Assembly (NCBI GenBank): GCA_002748155.1
Contig: PDRO01000008.1
Coordinates: forward strand, 1,998 to 65,997
Source: Actinomycetales bacterium
GTDB lineage: Bacteria > Actinomycetota > Actinomycetes > Actinomycetales > Dermatophilaceae
Length of the DNA: 64,000 nt
Reading direction: 5' to 3'
Every line of letters begins with the position of its first letter. Positions within the stretch are counted from its first letter, which is position 1. Both the position numbers and the translations under genes were made by a program. This document shows positions 53,169 to 64,000 of this stretch, in pieces. The notes under the pieces are model-generated. The model ran no database searches. It had not been told where the DNA came from and saw nothing but the letters and a program-made list of their open reading frames with translations.

Positions 53169-54329
53169 TCAATCGGTGATGAGGACCGAGCGGACCGCCG
53201 CGAGCAGATCGGGATCGGGCCCACCTGCCGCCCGTCGCATCCGCTGGTAACCCGTGCCGTCCCGGACGAGCGTCTCGACGCCCGCGAGCTCTGCTACGCA
53301 GCCGAGGCGACGAGCGGTCGGTTCGAGTCGATCGAGCAGGGCCAGGGTGTCGTCGACGACCGGAACCTCCCGGCTGGAGGAGTCGGCAATGACGACGGCA
53401 TCGAGCCCGTAGCGAGCGGCGCGCCACTTGTTTTCCTGCACGTGCCACGGCGGTAGTGGCTCGGGGAGCCGACCGGAGTCGAGGTGGTCTTCGAGATGGA
53501 GCACCAGGCAGTGCACGAGGGCCGCCACGGCGGTCACATCCGCGACCCGGAACATTCCGTCGCAGGCCCGAACCTCGATCGTCCCGAGCTTGAGGGAAGG
53601 GCGGATGTCCCATCGCAGCTCAGTGGCGTCTTCGACCACACCTGTGGTGAAGACGTCGTCGAGATACGACCGGTAGCCCGCCCAAGTGTCGAACTGGAAC
53701 GGTAGCCCGGCGGTCGGCAACTGCTGGAACAGCATCGTGCGGTTGCTCGCATAGCCGGTGTCCACGCCGCCGGTGAACGGTGACGATGCCGTCAAAGCGG
53801 TCAAGTGAGGGTGGTAGGTGAGCAAGGCGTTGACCAGCGGCCAAACCTTGGCCGCCGAGGTCACCCCGACGTGCACGTGCACCCCGAAGATGACCATCTG
53901 CCGACCCCACCATTGGGTGCGCTCGATCAGCGTGGCGTACCGAGTGCCCGGGGAGACCTGCTGGTCCTCCCATCTGCTGAACGGGTGTGCCCCGCCACCG
54001 AAGAGCTCGACACCGAGCTGGTCGGCTGCGGCTCGGACTCGTCCCAGCCCTTCGTCGAGATCACCGGCGGCCTCTGATGCGTTCCGGCATACCCCGGTCA
54101 CGATCTCGACCGTATTGCGTAGCAGTTCCTTGGCCACCGACGAGCGGGGACCGGTGGCCGACACTCCGCTGCGATGCCAGGCGCCGTCGTCGACGGCAGC
54201 AATGAGCTGTTCGGCGCGGGAGGTCAACTCCAGGGTCGTCGGGTCCAACAGCCCGAGCTCCCACTCGACCCCGAGCGTGCGATCCGCGGAGGGTTGGAAG
54301 ACATGGTGCGAGCTCACGGGGCTCCTCAA
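53169..54329 (-). CDS. Carboxylate-amine ligase, glutamate--cysteine ligase family 2 (YbdK-like)
   Basis: It has a TLGVEWELGLLD N-terminal motif, HVHVGV, and YbdK/GCS2-like length (386 aa). Confidence 0.8.
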   Translation of the reverse strand: MRSPVSSHHVFQPSADRTLGVEWELGLLDPTTLELTSRAEQLIAAVDDGAWHRSGVSATGPRSSVAKELLRNTVEIVTGVCRNASEAAGDLDEGLGRVRAAADQLGVELFGGGAHPFSRWEDQQVSPGTRYATLIERTQWWGRQMVIFGVHVHVGVTSAAKVWPLVNALLTYHPHLTALTASSPFTGGVDTGYASNRTMLFQQLPTAGLPFQFDTWAGYRSYLDDVFTTGVVEDATELRWDIRPSLKLGTIEVRACDGMFRVADVTAVAALVHCLVLHLEDHLDSGRLPEPLPPWHVQENKWRAARYGLDAVVIADSSSREVPVVDDTLALLDRLEPTARRLGCVAELAGVETLVRDGTGYQRMRRAAGGPDPDLLAAVRSVLITD

Positions 54330-54508
54330 CAGCCGTACATCAGTGATTGCTATGGATGCTATGACCGTGCTAGGAAGAGCGCCGCTTCGGGGGTCGAGAA
54401 CGTTCCCGGATCGCCAACGGTAGCAAAATGTGATCCGCGCAACGTTTGCAGCAGCCCCGACCCGTGAGTAGGTTCGACGGAAACACGTACCTGGGAATGG
54501 AGAAGATT

Positions 54509-54823
54509 GTGGCGCTACCGGAGCTCAGCCAGGAACAACGCGCTGCTGCCCTGGAGAAGGCCGCGCACGCGCGGCGTGAACGCGCTGCGGTGAAGAACCG
54601 GCTGAAATACTCGCAGGGTTCACTCGCGGAGGTCATTTCCGAAGGCAAGTCCAATGACGTCATCGGGAAGATGAAGGTCTCGGCACTGCTTGAGGCGCTG
54701 CCCGGGGTTGGTCGGGTGCGGGCTCGGCAGATCATGGGCGAGATCGGTATCTCCGAGTCGCGCCGCGTGCGCGGCCTCGGGGTCAACCAGGCGGCTGCGC
54801 TCATCACCCGTTTCGAGCAGTGA
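54509..54823 (+). CDS. mihF: Integration host factor MihF (actinobacterial IHF)
   Basis: The sequence [32 protein letters not shown]... matches the canonical mIHF N-terminus. The GTG at 54509 is preceded by ggagaag. It sits directly upstream of gmk-rpoZ, as in mycobacteria. Confidence 0.8.
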   Translation: MALPELSQEQRAAALEKAAHARRERAAVKNRLKYSQGSLAEVISEGKSNDVIGKMKVSALLEALPGVGRVRARQIMGEIGISESRRVRGLGVNQAAALITRFEQ

Positions 54824-55446
54824 CCTCGGCTGGCTCGACCGCCGACTCCGGCGCACCCGACGGAAACGACCACCCACCGACCTCGCGCCTAGTCGTACTC
54901 GCCGGCCCGACCGCCGTCGGCAAAGGTACGGTCGCGGCATACGTGCGTAAGCATTTTCCAGGAGTCTGGCTCTCGGTGTCGATGACGACCCGCGCCCCTC
55001 GCCCGGGGGAGATCGACGGGGTGCACTATCTCTTCGTCGACGACGCCGAATTCGATCGGATGATCGCTGCCGACGAATTCCTCGAGTATGCCGTCGTGCA
55101 CGGGCACGCGAAGTACGGAACGCCTCGCGGGCCGGTCGAGCGGGCCCTCGGGGCGGGACGACCCGCGCTGTTGGAGATCGATCTGCAAGGGGCCCGGCAG
55201 GTGCGCCGGAGCATGCCCGAAGCGCTGCTCGTCTTCCTCGCCCCGCCGAGTTGGGACGAGCTGGTGACCCGCCAGCTCGGCCGTGGCACCGAGACCCCCC
55301 AGGAGCGGCAAGCGCGTCTGGCGACAGCGCGCGGTGAACTCGACGCGCAAGAGGAGTTCGACGTCGTCATCGTCAACGACGATGTTCGCCGGGCCGCCGA
55401 AGAACTCGTATCATGGCTAGGTGCCGGCCCACCGGCCGGCACGTGA
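54820..55446 (+). CDS. gmk: Guanylate kinase
   Basis: The P-loop GPTAVGKGT is present, along with TTR.PR.GE..G..Y.F. The start overlaps the mihF stop (GTGA). Confidence 0.9.
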   Translation: MTSAGSTADSGAPDGNDHPPTSRLVVLAGPTAVGKGTVAAYVRKHFPGVWLSVSMTTRAPRPGEIDGVHYLFVDDAEFDRMIAADEFLEYAVVHGHAKYGTPRGPVERALGAGRPALLEIDLQGARQVRRSMPEALLVFLAPPSWDELVTRQLGRGTETPQERQARLATARGELDAQEEFDVVIVNDDVRRAAEELVSWLGAGPPAGT

Positions 55447-55512
55447 CAGGCACCTAAAGCGTCTCGCGACACCCGCTCGCTGACCAGAACCGACCGAAAC
55501 GAGAGTGACCGC

Positions 55513-55788
55513 GTGTCCGGAACCGTGGCCAACCCCATCGGCATCACCAGCCCGCCCATCGACGACCTGCTCGAAGGCTCCGACAGCAAGTACGCGTTGG
55601 TCATCTACGCGGCGAAGCGGGCCCGCCAGATCAACGCCTACTACTCGCAGCTGCAAGAAGGCCTGCTCGACTATGTCGGCCCACTCGTCGAGACCGAAGT
55701 GAGCGAGAAACCGTTGTCGATCGCCCTTCGTGAGATCAACGAAGGCCTGCTGACCGCCGAGGCCACCCCCGAGGCTGCCGCCGACTGA
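55513..55788 (+). CDS. rpoZ: DNA-directed RNA polymerase subunit omega
   Basis: The core [20 protein letters not shown] is present. At 91 aa it lies between gmk and coaBC. Confidence 0.9.
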   Translation: MSGTVANPIGITSPPIDDLLEGSDSKYALVIYAAKRARQINAYYSQLQEGLLDYVGPLVETEVSEKPLSIALREINEGLLTAEATPEAAAD

Positions 55789-55868
55789 CGTCAGGCACTC
55801 CGGCTCCCCGGACAGGTCCGCGAACACCCTGACCCGGCCAGAGTGGCTCGGCGAGGCGAGAGGCTGTC

Positions 55869-57188
55869 ATGCGAGTTGTGCTCGGCGTCAGCGGTGGGAT
55901 CGCTGCCTACAAGGCGGTCTCGCTGCTGCGACTCTTCACTGAAAGCGGACACGAGGTCACCGTCGTGCCCACCGAGGCCGCCTTGCGATTCGTCGGTGAA
56001 CCGACCTGGGTCGCGTTGTCCGGCCACTCGATCGCCACGGACGTCTGGACCGACGTCGAGCAGGTGCCGCACGTGCGGATCGGCCAGCAGGCCGAGCTCG
56101 TCGTCGTCGCACCGGCTACGGCTGACCTGCTCGCGCGGGCCGCTGCCGGTCTTGCGGACGACCTGCTGACTGCCACACTGCTCACTGCCCGGTGCCCCGT
56201 CGTCTACGCCCCCGCGATGCACACCGAGATGTGGCTGCACCCGGCCACCCAGGCCAATGTCGCCACCCTGCAGAACCGAGGCGCGGTCGTCATCGAACCT
56301 GCTTCCGGCCGGCTGACCGGCACGGACTCGGGGCCCGGCCGGTTGCCCGAACCCGACGAGGTTTATGCCGCGTGCTTGGCCGCTGTTGACGCCTCCGTCG
56401 CGACGAAGCCTGAGGGCGGGCCGCCCGCGACCGCGTCAGCTGGGTCAATGCCGCAGACCACCAACAACAGCTTGGCCGGTCGGCAGGTCGTCATCAGTGC
56501 CGGTGGCACTCGTGAGCCACTCGACCCGGTGCGTTTCCTCGGTAATCGGTCCTCGGGCAAACAGGGTTACGCCCTCGCGGCCACCGCCGCAGCCCGCGGA
56601 GCCCGGGTCACCCTGGTGGCGGCGAACGTCGAGCTACCCGACCCGCCAGGAGTGCACGTCGTACGGGTCGGAACTGCTGTTGAATTGCAGGCCGCGATCA
56701 CCGAGGCCGCAAGCGGACCCCCGGCTGCCGACGTGGTCGTCATGGCCGCGGCGGTCGCCGATTTCCGGCCCAAGCATTACGTCGACCACAAGATCAAGAA
56801 GACCCACGCCGGCTACGACAGTGAGCAGCCGGGCCGACCCGACGACTCCGCCCCGGTCATCGAGCTAGTGCGCAACCCGGACATCCTGGCCGGCTTGGTC
56901 CGAGACCGGGGGACCGGACGAACACCGGTCATCGTCGGGTTCGCCGCCGAGACCGGCGATGACCACGGGTCGGTCATCGAGCTGGCCCGGGACAAACTGT
57001 CTCGCAAAGGCTGCGACGTGCTCGTGGCCAACGAAGTGGGCACAGACAAGACCTTTGGTCAGGACACCAGCACCGTGCACTTGCTCTTCGCCAACGGCAC
57101 GGATGACCGCACGGTCGGCCCGGTCGGCAAAGACATCGTCGCCGGTGCCGTTTGGGATGCAGCTAGCGCGCTCATCGACCGCAGCTAG
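55869..57188 (+). CDS. coaBC: Bifunctional phosphopantothenoylcysteine decarboxylase / phosphopantothenate--cysteine ligase
   Basis: The N-terminal flavoprotein domain has VLGVSGGIAAYK and PAMHTEMW. The C-terminal CoaB domain has ISAGGTREPLDPVRFLGNRSSGKQG and AAAVADF. Confidence 0.9.
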   Translation: MRVVLGVSGGIAAYKAVSLLRLFTESGHEVTVVPTEAALRFVGEPTWVALSGHSIATDVWTDVEQVPHVRIGQQAELVVVAPATADLLARAAAGLADDLLTATLLTARCPVVYAPAMHTEMWLHPATQANVATLQNRGAVVIEPASGRLTGTDSGPGRLPEPDEVYAACLAAVDASVATKPEGGPPATASAGSMPQTTNNSLAGRQVVISAGGTREPLDPVRFLGNRSSGKQGYALAATAAARGARVTLVAANVELPDPPGVHVVRVGTAVELQAAITEAASGPPAADVVVMAAAVADFRPKHYVDHKIKKTHAGYDSEQPGRPDDSAPVIELVRNPDILAGLVRDRGTGRTPVIVGFAAETGDDHGSVIELARDKLSRKGCDVLVANEVGTDKTFGQDTSTVHLLFANGTDDRTVGPVGKDIVAGAVWDAASALIDRS

Positions 57189-57277
57189 ACTGACTGAAAG
57201 ACCGATTACGGGATCGGCTGCCGCCAAGGCCGGTCTCGTCCCGTCCGCGAGCGTGTCATTGCCGACAGGAGTCCGTT

Positions 57278-58507
57278 TTGTCAGCACGCCTGTTCACGTC
57301 CGAGTCCGTTACCGAGGGACACCCCGACAAGATCTGCGACCAGATCAGCGACGCGATCCTCGACGCCATGCTCGAGCAGGATGCCCACTCCCGGGTGGCC
57401 GTCGAGACGATGGTGACCACCGGGCTGGTCCATGTTGCGGGGGAAGTGACGACCGAGGCTTACGTCGAGATCCCCCGGATCGTCCGTGACACCGTGCTGC
57501 AGATCGGCTACGACTCGTCGACGAAAGGATTCGACGGCGGGTCCTGTGGTGTCGAGGTCTCGATCGGGCAGCAGAGCCCCGACATCGCGCAAGGCGTCGA
57601 CACGGCATACGAGAACCGGATCGGCTCCGACGCCGGCACCGATGCCTACGACAAGCAAGGCGCCGGCGACCAGGGCCTGATGTTCGGATACGCCTGCGAT
57701 GACACGCCCGAGCTCATGCCCCTGCCGATCCACCTGGCCCACCGGCTGGCCGAACGGCTCACCGCGGTGCGCGTCAGCGGTGATGTCGCCTACCTGCGTC
57801 CCGACGGCAAGACCCAGGTGACCATCGAATACGACGGCACCCGGGCAGTGCGGCTGGACACCGTCGTCGTGTCCAGCCAGCACGCCGCAGACATCTCGCT
57901 CGAGCGGCTGCTGAAGCCCGATGTCACGAGGCACGTCATCGAACCGGTGCTCGCCGAACTCGCCCACGGCGGTTCGACGCTCGATGCTTCCGACTATCGC
58001 ATCCTGGTCAATCCCACCGGCCGGTTCGAGATCGGTGGCCCGATGGGGGACGCGGGCGTGACCGGTCGCAAGATCATCGTCGACACCTACGGCGGGATGG
58101 CCCGGCACGGCGGGGGCGCCTTTTCCGGCAAAGACCCGTCCAAGGTGGACCGCTCGGCGGCCTACGCCACCCGGTGGGTCGCCAAGAACGTCGTCGCTGC
58201 CGGGCTAGCCCGCCGGTGCGAGGTGCAGGTCGCGTATGCGATCGGCACTGCCCACCCGGTCGGGCTCTACGTCGAGACTTTCGGCACCGAGACCATGCCG
58301 GTCGACGCGATCCAGCGGGCGATCACGAGTGTCTTCGACCTGCGTCCGGCCGCGATCGTCGACCAACTCGACCTGCTTCGTCCCATCTATCGGCAGACTG
58401 CGGCATACGGGCACTTCGGGCGCACCTCGCTCGCCGGCACGGAGAACGCCTTCACGTGGGAACGCACCGATCGAGTCGAAGAACTGCAGGCGGCAGCTCA
58501 CGGCTGA
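57278..58507 (+). CDS. metK: S-adenosylmethionine synthase
   Basis: Motifs present: [36 protein letters not shown] and [19 protein letters not shown]. The start appears to be TTG. Confidence 0.95.
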   Translation: MSARLFTSESVTEGHPDKICDQISDAILDAMLEQDAHSRVAVETMVTTGLVHVAGEVTTEAYVEIPRIVRDTVLQIGYDSSTKGFDGGSCGVEVSIGQQSPDIAQGVDTAYENRIGSDAGTDAYDKQGAGDQGLMFGYACDDTPELMPLPIHLAHRLAERLTAVRVSGDVAYLRPDGKTQVTIEYDGTRAVRLDTVVVSSQHAADISLERLLKPDVTRHVIEPVLAELAHGGSTLDASDYRILVNPTGRFEIGGPMGDAGVTGRKIIVDTYGGMARHGGGAFSGKDPSKVDRSAAYATRWVAKNVVAAGLARRCEVQVAYAIGTAHPVGLYVETFGTETMPVDAIQRAITSVFDLRPAAIVDQLDLLRPIYRQTAAYGHFGRTSLAGTENAFTWERTDRVEELQAAAHG

Positions 58508-58611
58508 GGCGCCGCTCCCGGGCCCGATACCGGGTGGCCGGTCGGTGGCTTGTCAGTGGCTCGTCGGAAGCTCGTCGGAAGCTCGTCGGTGGCCACAGCT
58601 AGATTCACGGT

Positions 58612-60789
58612 ATGCCGCACGTCGACCTGTCCCGGGCCCGCGAGCCACGTGGGGTCGCGGCGCGCACGGAGCCGGTGCAGCGGGCCTCGCGGGCTCCGTC
58701 TGTGCCGGTCGCGGAGGTCGTGGTCGACACCGGCCTCGCGCATCTGGATCATCCTTTCGAATACGCGGTCCCGGTCGCCCTGACCGACTCCGTCCAACCC
58801 GGGGTCCGGGTGCGGGTCCCGTTCGCGGGGCGGGATCGAGACGGCTTCGTCGTAGCTCGCCACGCTGCCGCCACACACCCGGGCAAGCTCGCGCAGATCC
58901 GCCGGGTGGTCAGTGCCGAGCCGGTGCTCCTGCCGCACACCCTGGCCTTGTGCCGCGCGGTCGCCGATCGGTATGCCGGCTCGCTCACCGATGTGCTCCG
59001 GCTGGCGGTGCCTAAGCGGCACGCTGCGGCCGAGCGGGCTCTGCCGGTCGAAGCCCCGGCGTTGGAGACCGTGGCAGCACCGGAGCTGGGGCCGTGGGAG
59101 GCATATCCGGCCGGTCCGGCATTCCTGCGCAGGCTGGCGGTCGGCGAGGCACCGGCCGCGGTGTGGGAGGCACTGCCCGGCCAGCCACCCGACCTCGACT
59201 GGCCGGCCGCCCTGGCGGTCGCAGCCAGCACGGCTGTGGCGGCCGGCCGGGGCGCGGTGATCGTGCTGCCTGATCACCGGGACCTCGATCGACTCGATGC
59301 CGAGCTGACCGCGCGGCTGGGTCGTCGTCGGCACGTGCGGCTCACCGCCGACCAGGGCCCACAAGCGCGATACACGGCATGGCTGAAAGTGCTCCGAGGC
59401 CACGTCAGGTGCGTCATCGGCAGCCGCGCAGCCGCGTTCGCTCCAGTGCGTGAGCTGGGACTGGTGGCCTGGTGGGACGACGCCGACGACCTGCACGACG
59501 AGCCCCGGTCGCCCTATCCGCACGTCCGCGAGATCCTCGGCCAGCGCGCCCAGCAGGAGTCCGCGGCGTTGCTCGCCGGCGGTTTCACCAGGTCGGTGGC
59601 ACTGCAGCAATGGGTCCAGGACGACCGGGCCGCCGAGATCCGTCCAGCGACCGCGACTGCCCGGGCGAGCCGGCCTCGAGTCGTGGTCGCCGGGGAGGCC
59701 ACCGGCGCCACCACCGACAGCGCGGCGGCGCACGCCCGGTTGGCACCCCAGGCCTGGCGGGCGGCGGCGCGTGGGCTGGAGCGGGGCCCGGTGCTCGTGC
59801 AGGTGCCACGAGGCGGCTACCTGCCGACGCTGTCCTGCCAGAGCTGCCGTTCACCGGTCCGCTGTCCGCGATGTCATGGTCCGGTGGGGCTCGGATCGAC
59901 CGGCGTTAGCCTCGGATGTCGTTGGTGCGCAACCCTGTTCCGGGAGCGGGAGCTGGAGTGCCCGCAGTGTGGCGATCGCCGGGTGCGCTCCAGCGTCGTC
60001 GGGGCGACGCGCACGGCCGAAGAGCTGGGGCGAGCCTTCCCGGGCGTGCCCGTGCTGACGTCCAGCGGCGACCAGGTGCTTGCTCAGGTGGGCGAGGACC
60101 CGGCGCTGGTCATCGCCACGCCGGGTGCCGAACCGCCCGCCGCCCACGGGTATACCGCGGCCCTGCTGCTCGACGCGTGGGCTCTTCTCGACCGACCGGT
60201 GCTCGACGCCCAGATCGAGACGCTGCGGCGCTGGCTGGCCGCCGCATCCCTGGTGCGCCCGGGCGCCGAGGGTGGTGTCGTCGTCGTGGCTGGAGTCCCT
60301 GTGGGGCCGCGCCCGCCGGCTGTGGAGGCTTTGGCGCGTTGGGATCCGGTCTGGCTCGCAGCCCGCGAGTTGAGTGAGCGCAAGGATCTCGGGTTGCCGC
60401 CGGCCGTGGTCATGGCCCGGCTGGTCGGTGAGCGCCGGGTCGTCGCTGCCGCCGTCGACGACGCGAGCCGGCAGCTGCACGAGCGCGGCGTCGAGCTCGT
60501 CCACTACGGCCCGACACTGGTCACTGCCGGCGCGACGCACCCATCGCAGCCCACACGCTCACCAAACCCATCCGGTCCGGCCGGCCTGCGAGATACCAGT
60601 TCGGCCGGAACCGATGCCGGCCACCCCCGTCTAGGCCAGCCCGAGGCGCCGGCCCCGGTCGCGTCGGTGCTGCGCGTGAGCTGCCACGAGGCCGGTGAGT
60701 TGGCGGCAGCGCTGCGAACGGTCGCCGCTCAACGCAGCGCCCGCAAGGCCCCTGGCCCGTTGCAGATCCGGCTGCACTGGCCTGGATGA
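58612..60789 (+). CDS. priA: Primosomal protein N' (PriA), apparently with degenerate helicase ATPase motifs
   Basis: It has an N-terminal 3'-DNA-binding domain (VDTGLAHLDHPFEYAVP, VRVPFAGR). The Cys-rich zinc region is CQSCRSPVRCPRCHGPV...CRWC...CPQCG. The position before def-fmt fits. I found no GxGKT/S or DExH motif by eye. Confidence 0.85.
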   Translation: MPHVDLSRAREPRGVAARTEPVQRASRAPSVPVAEVVVDTGLAHLDHPFEYAVPVALTDSVQPGVRVRVPFAGRDRDGFVVARHAAATHPGKLAQIRRVVSAEPVLLPHTLALCRAVADRYAGSLTDVLRLAVPKRHAAAERALPVEAPALETVAAPELGPWEAYPAGPAFLRRLAVGEAPAAVWEALPGQPPDLDWPAALAVAASTAVAAGRGAVIVLPDHRDLDRLDAELTARLGRRRHVRLTADQGPQARYTAWLKVLRGHVRCVIGSRAAAFAPVRELGLVAWWDDADDLHDEPRSPYPHVREILGQRAQQESAALLAGGFTRSVALQQWVQDDRAAEIRPATATARASRPRVVVAGEATGATTDSAAAHARLAPQAWRAAARGLERGPVLVQVPRGGYLPTLSCQSCRSPVRCPRCHGPVGLGSTGVSLGCRWCATLFRERELECPQCGDRRVRSSVVGATRTAEELGRAFPGVPVLTSSGDQVLAQVGEDPALVIATPGAEPPAAHGYTAALLLDAWALLDRPVLDAQIETLRRWLAAASLVRPGAEGGVVVVAGVPVGPRPPAVEALARWDPVWLAARELSERKDLGLPPAVVMARLVGERRVVAAAVDDASRQLHERGVELVHYGPTLVTAGATHPSQPTRSPNPSGPAGLRDTSSAGTDAGHPRLGQPEAPAPVASVLRVSCHEAGELAAALRTVAAQRSARKAPGPLQIRLHWPG

Positions 60790-60945
60790 CTGCCTGGATG
60801 ACTGATCAGCGGCCACCGGACCGACCGGACTGCTCCGTGACCGCGTGGCACCTTAGACTGAGTGAACCGGTCCGCCACGGCACGGGCACCTGTCCCGGGA
60901 GCGTCGGCGCCGGAACAGCCGCAACCCACCCGTCGAAGGAACCAC

Positions 60946-61491
60946 GTGTCGGTCAAACCCATTCGCCTCTTCGGTGACCCGATCCTGCGCACACCCGCTG
61001 AGCCGGTCGTCGACTTCGACAAGGAGCTGCGCCACCTCGTCGCGGACCTCACCGACACGATGCTCGACGCGCCGGGCGCGGGCTTGGCCGCACCTCAGAT
61101 CGGGGTCGGGCTGCGGGTCTTCGTCTACTACGTCGACGGAACCGTCGGCCACCTGATCAACCCGTCGCTCGACCTCGGCGAAGACATCGACGAACAACCT
61201 GAGGGGTGCCTGTCGTTGCCGGACCTGAGCTTCCCCACGCCACGGGCCTACCGCGCGGTGGCGACCGGCTGGGATCAGCACGGTGAGCCGGTCACCATCG
61301 AGGGCACCGAGCTGCTGGCTCGGGCGGTGCAACACGAGACCGATCACCTGGACGGCATCCTGTTCATCGACCGGCTCGACCGTGAGCAACGCAAACTCGC
61401 GATGAAGGCCATCCGAGAAGCCGAGTGGGCCGGTGGACCGGTGCCCGTGGTCAAGGCCAGCCCACACGCGACTCTCGGTTTGGGGCTCTGA
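60946..61491 (+). CDS. def: Peptide deformylase
   Basis: Motifs present: [15 protein letters not shown] and QHETDHLDG. The GTG at 60946 is preceded by gaagga. The longer ORF-track start is rejected. Confidence 0.85.
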   Translation: MSVKPIRLFGDPILRTPAEPVVDFDKELRHLVADLTDTMLDAPGAGLAAPQIGVGLRVFVYYVDGTVGHLINPSLDLGEDIDEQPEGCLSLPDLSFPTPRAYRAVATGWDQHGEPVTIEGTELLARAVQHETDHLDGILFIDRLDREQRKLAMKAIREAEWAGGPVPVVKASPHATLGLGL

Positions 61492-61492
61492 C

Positions 61493-62434
61493 ATGAGGGT
61501 CGTCTTCGCCGGCACACCCGAGGTGGCCCTGCCTAGCCTCGAGGCCATCCACGCGTCACACCACGAGATCGTCGCGGTCGTGACCCGCCCGGACGCCCCG
61601 GCCGGCCGGGGCCGTCGCCTCGTGCCTTCGCCGGTGCGGGCCCGTGCGGAAGACCTCGGCATCCCGGCGCTCACCCCGGCCACTCCGAAAGACCCCGAGT
61701 TCCTCGCCCAGCTGACCGAACTGGCGCCAGACTGCTGCCCGGTGGTGGCCTATGGCGCGTTGCTGCCGCCGGTGGCGCTCGACATCCCGCACCACGGCTG
61801 GGTGAATCTGCACTTCTCGCTGCTGCCGGCCTGGCGTGGCGCGGCACCAGTTCAGCGCGCTGTGCTCTCCGGCGACGAGATCACCGGGGCCAGCACCTTC
61901 CAGATCGAGCGTGGCATGGACACCGGGCCGGTCTACGGGATGCTCACCGAGGCCGTCCGGCCCCGGGACACCAGCGGCGACCTGCTCGGCCGACTCGCCA
62001 CGGCCGGAGCGGGACTGCTCGTGGCCACCCTCGACGGCATCGAGGACGGCTCACTGGTCGCGCGACCACAAGAAACAGAAGGCGTGTCGCTGGCACCCAA
62101 GATCGAGGCCGACGACGCTCAGGTCGATTGGCACAAACCGGCGCTCGCCGTCGACCGGCTGGTCAGGGCCTGCACCCCGGCTCCGGGAGCCTGGACGGTG
62201 TTCCGCGACGAGCGGCTCAAGCTCGGGCCGGTCGAGCCCGTCGGCGAGGACGTGGCCTCGGGGCTACCCCCGGGTGAGCTGCTGGTCACCAAACGCGAGG
62301 TGTATGCCGGCACCGGCGGCGGTGCGGTGCGGCTGGGCCTAGTGCGACCACACGGCAAGAAAGACATGCCCGCCGCGGACTGGGCCCGCGGGGTGCGGAT
62401 CGAGGCCGGTGAACGGCTCGGTGCCGGCGCCTGA
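61493..62434 (+). CDS. fmt: Methionyl-tRNA formyltransferase
   Basis: Motifs present: [35 protein letters not shown]. The ATG is 1 nt after the def stop. Confidence 0.9.
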   Translation: MRVVFAGTPEVALPSLEAIHASHHEIVAVVTRPDAPAGRGRRLVPSPVRARAEDLGIPALTPATPKDPEFLAQLTELAPDCCPVVAYGALLPPVALDIPHHGWVNLHFSLLPAWRGAAPVQRAVLSGDEITGASTFQIERGMDTGPVYGMLTEAVRPRDTSGDLLGRLATAGAGLLVATLDGIEDGSLVARPQETEGVSLAPKIEADDAQVDWHKPALAVDRLVRACTPAPGAWTVFRDERLKLGPVEPVGEDVASGLPPGELLVTKREVYAGTGGGAVRLGLVRPHGKKDMPAADWARGVRIEAGERLGAGA

Positions 62435-63941
62435 GCGGCCCCGCCGGTCGCGCCAGGGCCACCAGCCGAGCCGGTCCCGGCAGCGTCCGGCAGAACGATC
62501 CCGGCGGTCCGACCCGGCCCGGCGGGCGGCATACACCGTGCTCCGAGCTGTCGATGGGGGAGCCTACGCGAACCTGGAGCTACCGAAGATCCTTCGCAGC
62601 CAACGGATCTCGGGTCGTGATGCGGCTTTCGCCACCGACCTGGCCTACGGCACGCTCCGGTTGCGGGGACGCTATGACCCGATCATCGCCCTGGCAGCCG
62701 ATCGCACCCTGATCAGCATCGACCGGCCGGTGCTCGACACGCTACGGCTCGGCGCACATCAACTGCTGGGTATGCGGGTGCCCGAGCACGCCGCCGTGGC
62801 CGAGACCGTCGCGTTGGCCCGCCAGGTCAACGGCTCCGGTGCAGCAGGATTCGTCAACGCCGTGCTGCGCCGGGTCAGCGAACGCTCACTCGACTCCTGG
62901 CTCGACGCGGTGGCCCCGGCCGACTCAGAAACCACTGCCGCACTGGCCGTTCGTGAGTCACACCCACCGTGGATCGTCAAAGCCCTACGGCAGGCACTGA
63001 TCGGCCACGGCCAGGCCACGCCCGACACCGTGGATGCCCAGCTTGCCGAGCTGCTCGCCGCCGACAACGACCCGGCCCGGGTGTCGCTCGTGGCCCGGCC
63101 TGGTCTGGCGACCGTCGACGAGCTGCTTTCCGCTGGAGGCGAGCCCGGGCGATGGGCACCGACAGCGGTGCAGCTGCCCGGAGGTGACCCCGGGGGCCTC
63201 GCCGCCGTGCGTGAGGGCCGGGCCGCGGTGCAGGACGAAGGCTCACAGCTGGTCACCCTGGCCCTGGCCGCCGTCGCCGTGGCATCCGGGCCGGCACACG
63301 GCACGGGGGAGCGCTGGCTGGACATGTGCGCCGGTCCCGGCGGCAAAGCCGGCCTGCTGGCCGCGCTGGCCGTCGAACGTGGAGCCCGGTTGGTAGCCAA
63401 CGAGATCAGCGAGCACCGGGCCGACTTGGTGCGCTCCACGCTCGGTGCCGCGATCGCAGCCGCGCCGGCCGACGCGGTCGAGGTGCGCGTCACCGACGGG
63501 CGGCAGATCGGCAGCCTCGAGCCCGCGGCATACGACCGGGTGTTGCTCGACGCACCGTGCACCGGGCTCGGCGCTTTGCGGCGCCGCCCGGAAGCCCGCT
63601 GGCGGCGCACCAGTGCCGACCTGGCGACGTTGACGAAACTGCAGCGCGAGCTGCTGCACAGTGCGCTGGACGCGACCCGGCCCGGGGGAGTGGTGGCCTA
63701 CGTGACGTGCAGCCCGCATCTGGCCGAGACCCGGTTCGCCGTGGCCGACGTGCTCAAGCAACGTCACGATGTGCACGAGCTGTCGCCGTCGGAGGTCGGT
63801 GAAGCCCTCGATGCGGTGGCGCCCGGACTGCTGGGCTCGCTGGCGGCCGGGCCGGATCCGTCCGATACGTCGGCCGTGCAACTGTGGCCGCACGTCCACG
63901 GCACCGACGCGATGTTCTGCGCACTGCTGCGCAACGGCTGA
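62409..63941 (+). CDS. rsmB: 16S rRNA (cytosine-C5)-methyltransferase RsmB/Sun family
   Basis: It has a NusB-like N-terminal domain ([18 protein letters not shown]). The SAM methyltransferase core has [17 protein letters not shown] and YVTCS (catalytic Cys residues). The start is uncertain: GTG at 62409 or 62421, and either overlaps the fmt 3' end. Confidence 0.8.
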   Translation: MNGSVPAPERPRRSRQGHQPSRSRQRPAERSRRSDPARRAAYTVLRAVDGGAYANLELPKILRSQRISGRDAAFATDLAYGTLRLRGRYDPIIALAADRTLISIDRPVLDTLRLGAHQLLGMRVPEHAAVAETVALARQVNGSGAAGFVNAVLRRVSERSLDSWLDAVAPADSETTAALAVRESHPPWIVKALRQALIGHGQATPDTVDAQLAELLAADNDPARVSLVARPGLATVDELLSAGGEPGRWAPTAVQLPGGDPGGLAAVREGRAAVQDEGSQLVTLALAAVAVASGPAHGTGERWLDMCAGPGGKAGLLAALAVERGARLVANEISEHRADLVRSTLGAAIAAAPADAVEVRVTDGRQIGSLEPAAYDRVLLDAPCTGLGALRRRPEARWRRTSADLATLTKLQRELLHSALDATRPGGVVAYVTCSPHLAETRFAVADVLKQRHDVHELSPSEVGEALDAVAPGLLGSLAAGPDPSDTSAVQLWPHVHGTDAMFCALLRNG

Positions 63942-64000
63942 CCGCAGCCGCGCCTGCCGGCACGACCGGCCGGTGATCCGTGATCAGTGGAAGCCGGGTG

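Noticed and set aside
57189-57277. Possible SAM riboswitch upstream of metK
   Set aside because: The spacer is only 89 nt. I could not find the conserved SAM-I or SAM-IV core sequences, only a small hairpin (ccgat-tacggg-atcgg) that may end the coaBC transcript. An Infernal scan would settle it.

Overview
This is a 64-kb stretch of a high-G+C (about 70 % by eye) Actinomycetota chromosome. Almost all of it is housekeeping sequence, with gene order close to the mycobacterial and propionibacterial core. In order: TPR protein, HAD hydrolase, tlyA, nadK, recN, pyrG, a NUDIX hydrolase, aspS, then an MMPL transporter and an MFS-SIP fusion. These are followed by rarA, a five-gene peptide ABC importer on the minus strand, alaS-ruvX-mltG-aroE, and a prepilin peptidase. 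A 6-kb island comes next. After it: aroC-aroK-aroB-aroQ, efp-nusB, a WS/DGAT gene, pyrR-pyrB-pyrC-carA-carB-pyrK-pyrD-pyrF, a GCS2 ligase, mihF-gmk-rpoZ-coaBC-metK, and priA-def-fmt-rsmB. Many adjacent genes share ATGA or GTGA stop/start overlaps, which suggests translational coupling. I found no rRNA, tRNA, CRISPR array, transposase or integrase. Two segments differ in composition; 60-nt lines I hand-counted there are about 50-52 % G+C, against about 72 % for a flank line. (1) 30637-36629 is a tightly coupled three-gene operon inserted inside the conserved aro cluster. It encodes two large proteins (710 and 836 aa) in which I recognise no domains, plus a 449-aa caspase-like (peptidase C14) protein with an intact His/Cys dyad and two C-terminal peptidoglycan-binding repeats. 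This is my best candidate for an undescribed system, possibly a protease-controlled effector or conflict module. (2) 13251-15506 is a single ORF that fuses an AmpG/RhtX-like MFS permease to a siderophore-interacting flavoreductase. It sits next to the decayed remnant of a second MMPL gene. Smaller observations are a phasin-like protein whose Lys/Ala/Thr-rich tail contains a perfect 78-bp tandem repeat, a PyrR-type binding loop overlapping the pyrR ribosome-binding site, and a PriA whose Walker A and DExH motifs look degenerate. Start codons were chosen by eye from ribosome-binding sites, gene overlaps and typical ortholog N-termini. All family assignments rest on recognised motifs, not on database searches.
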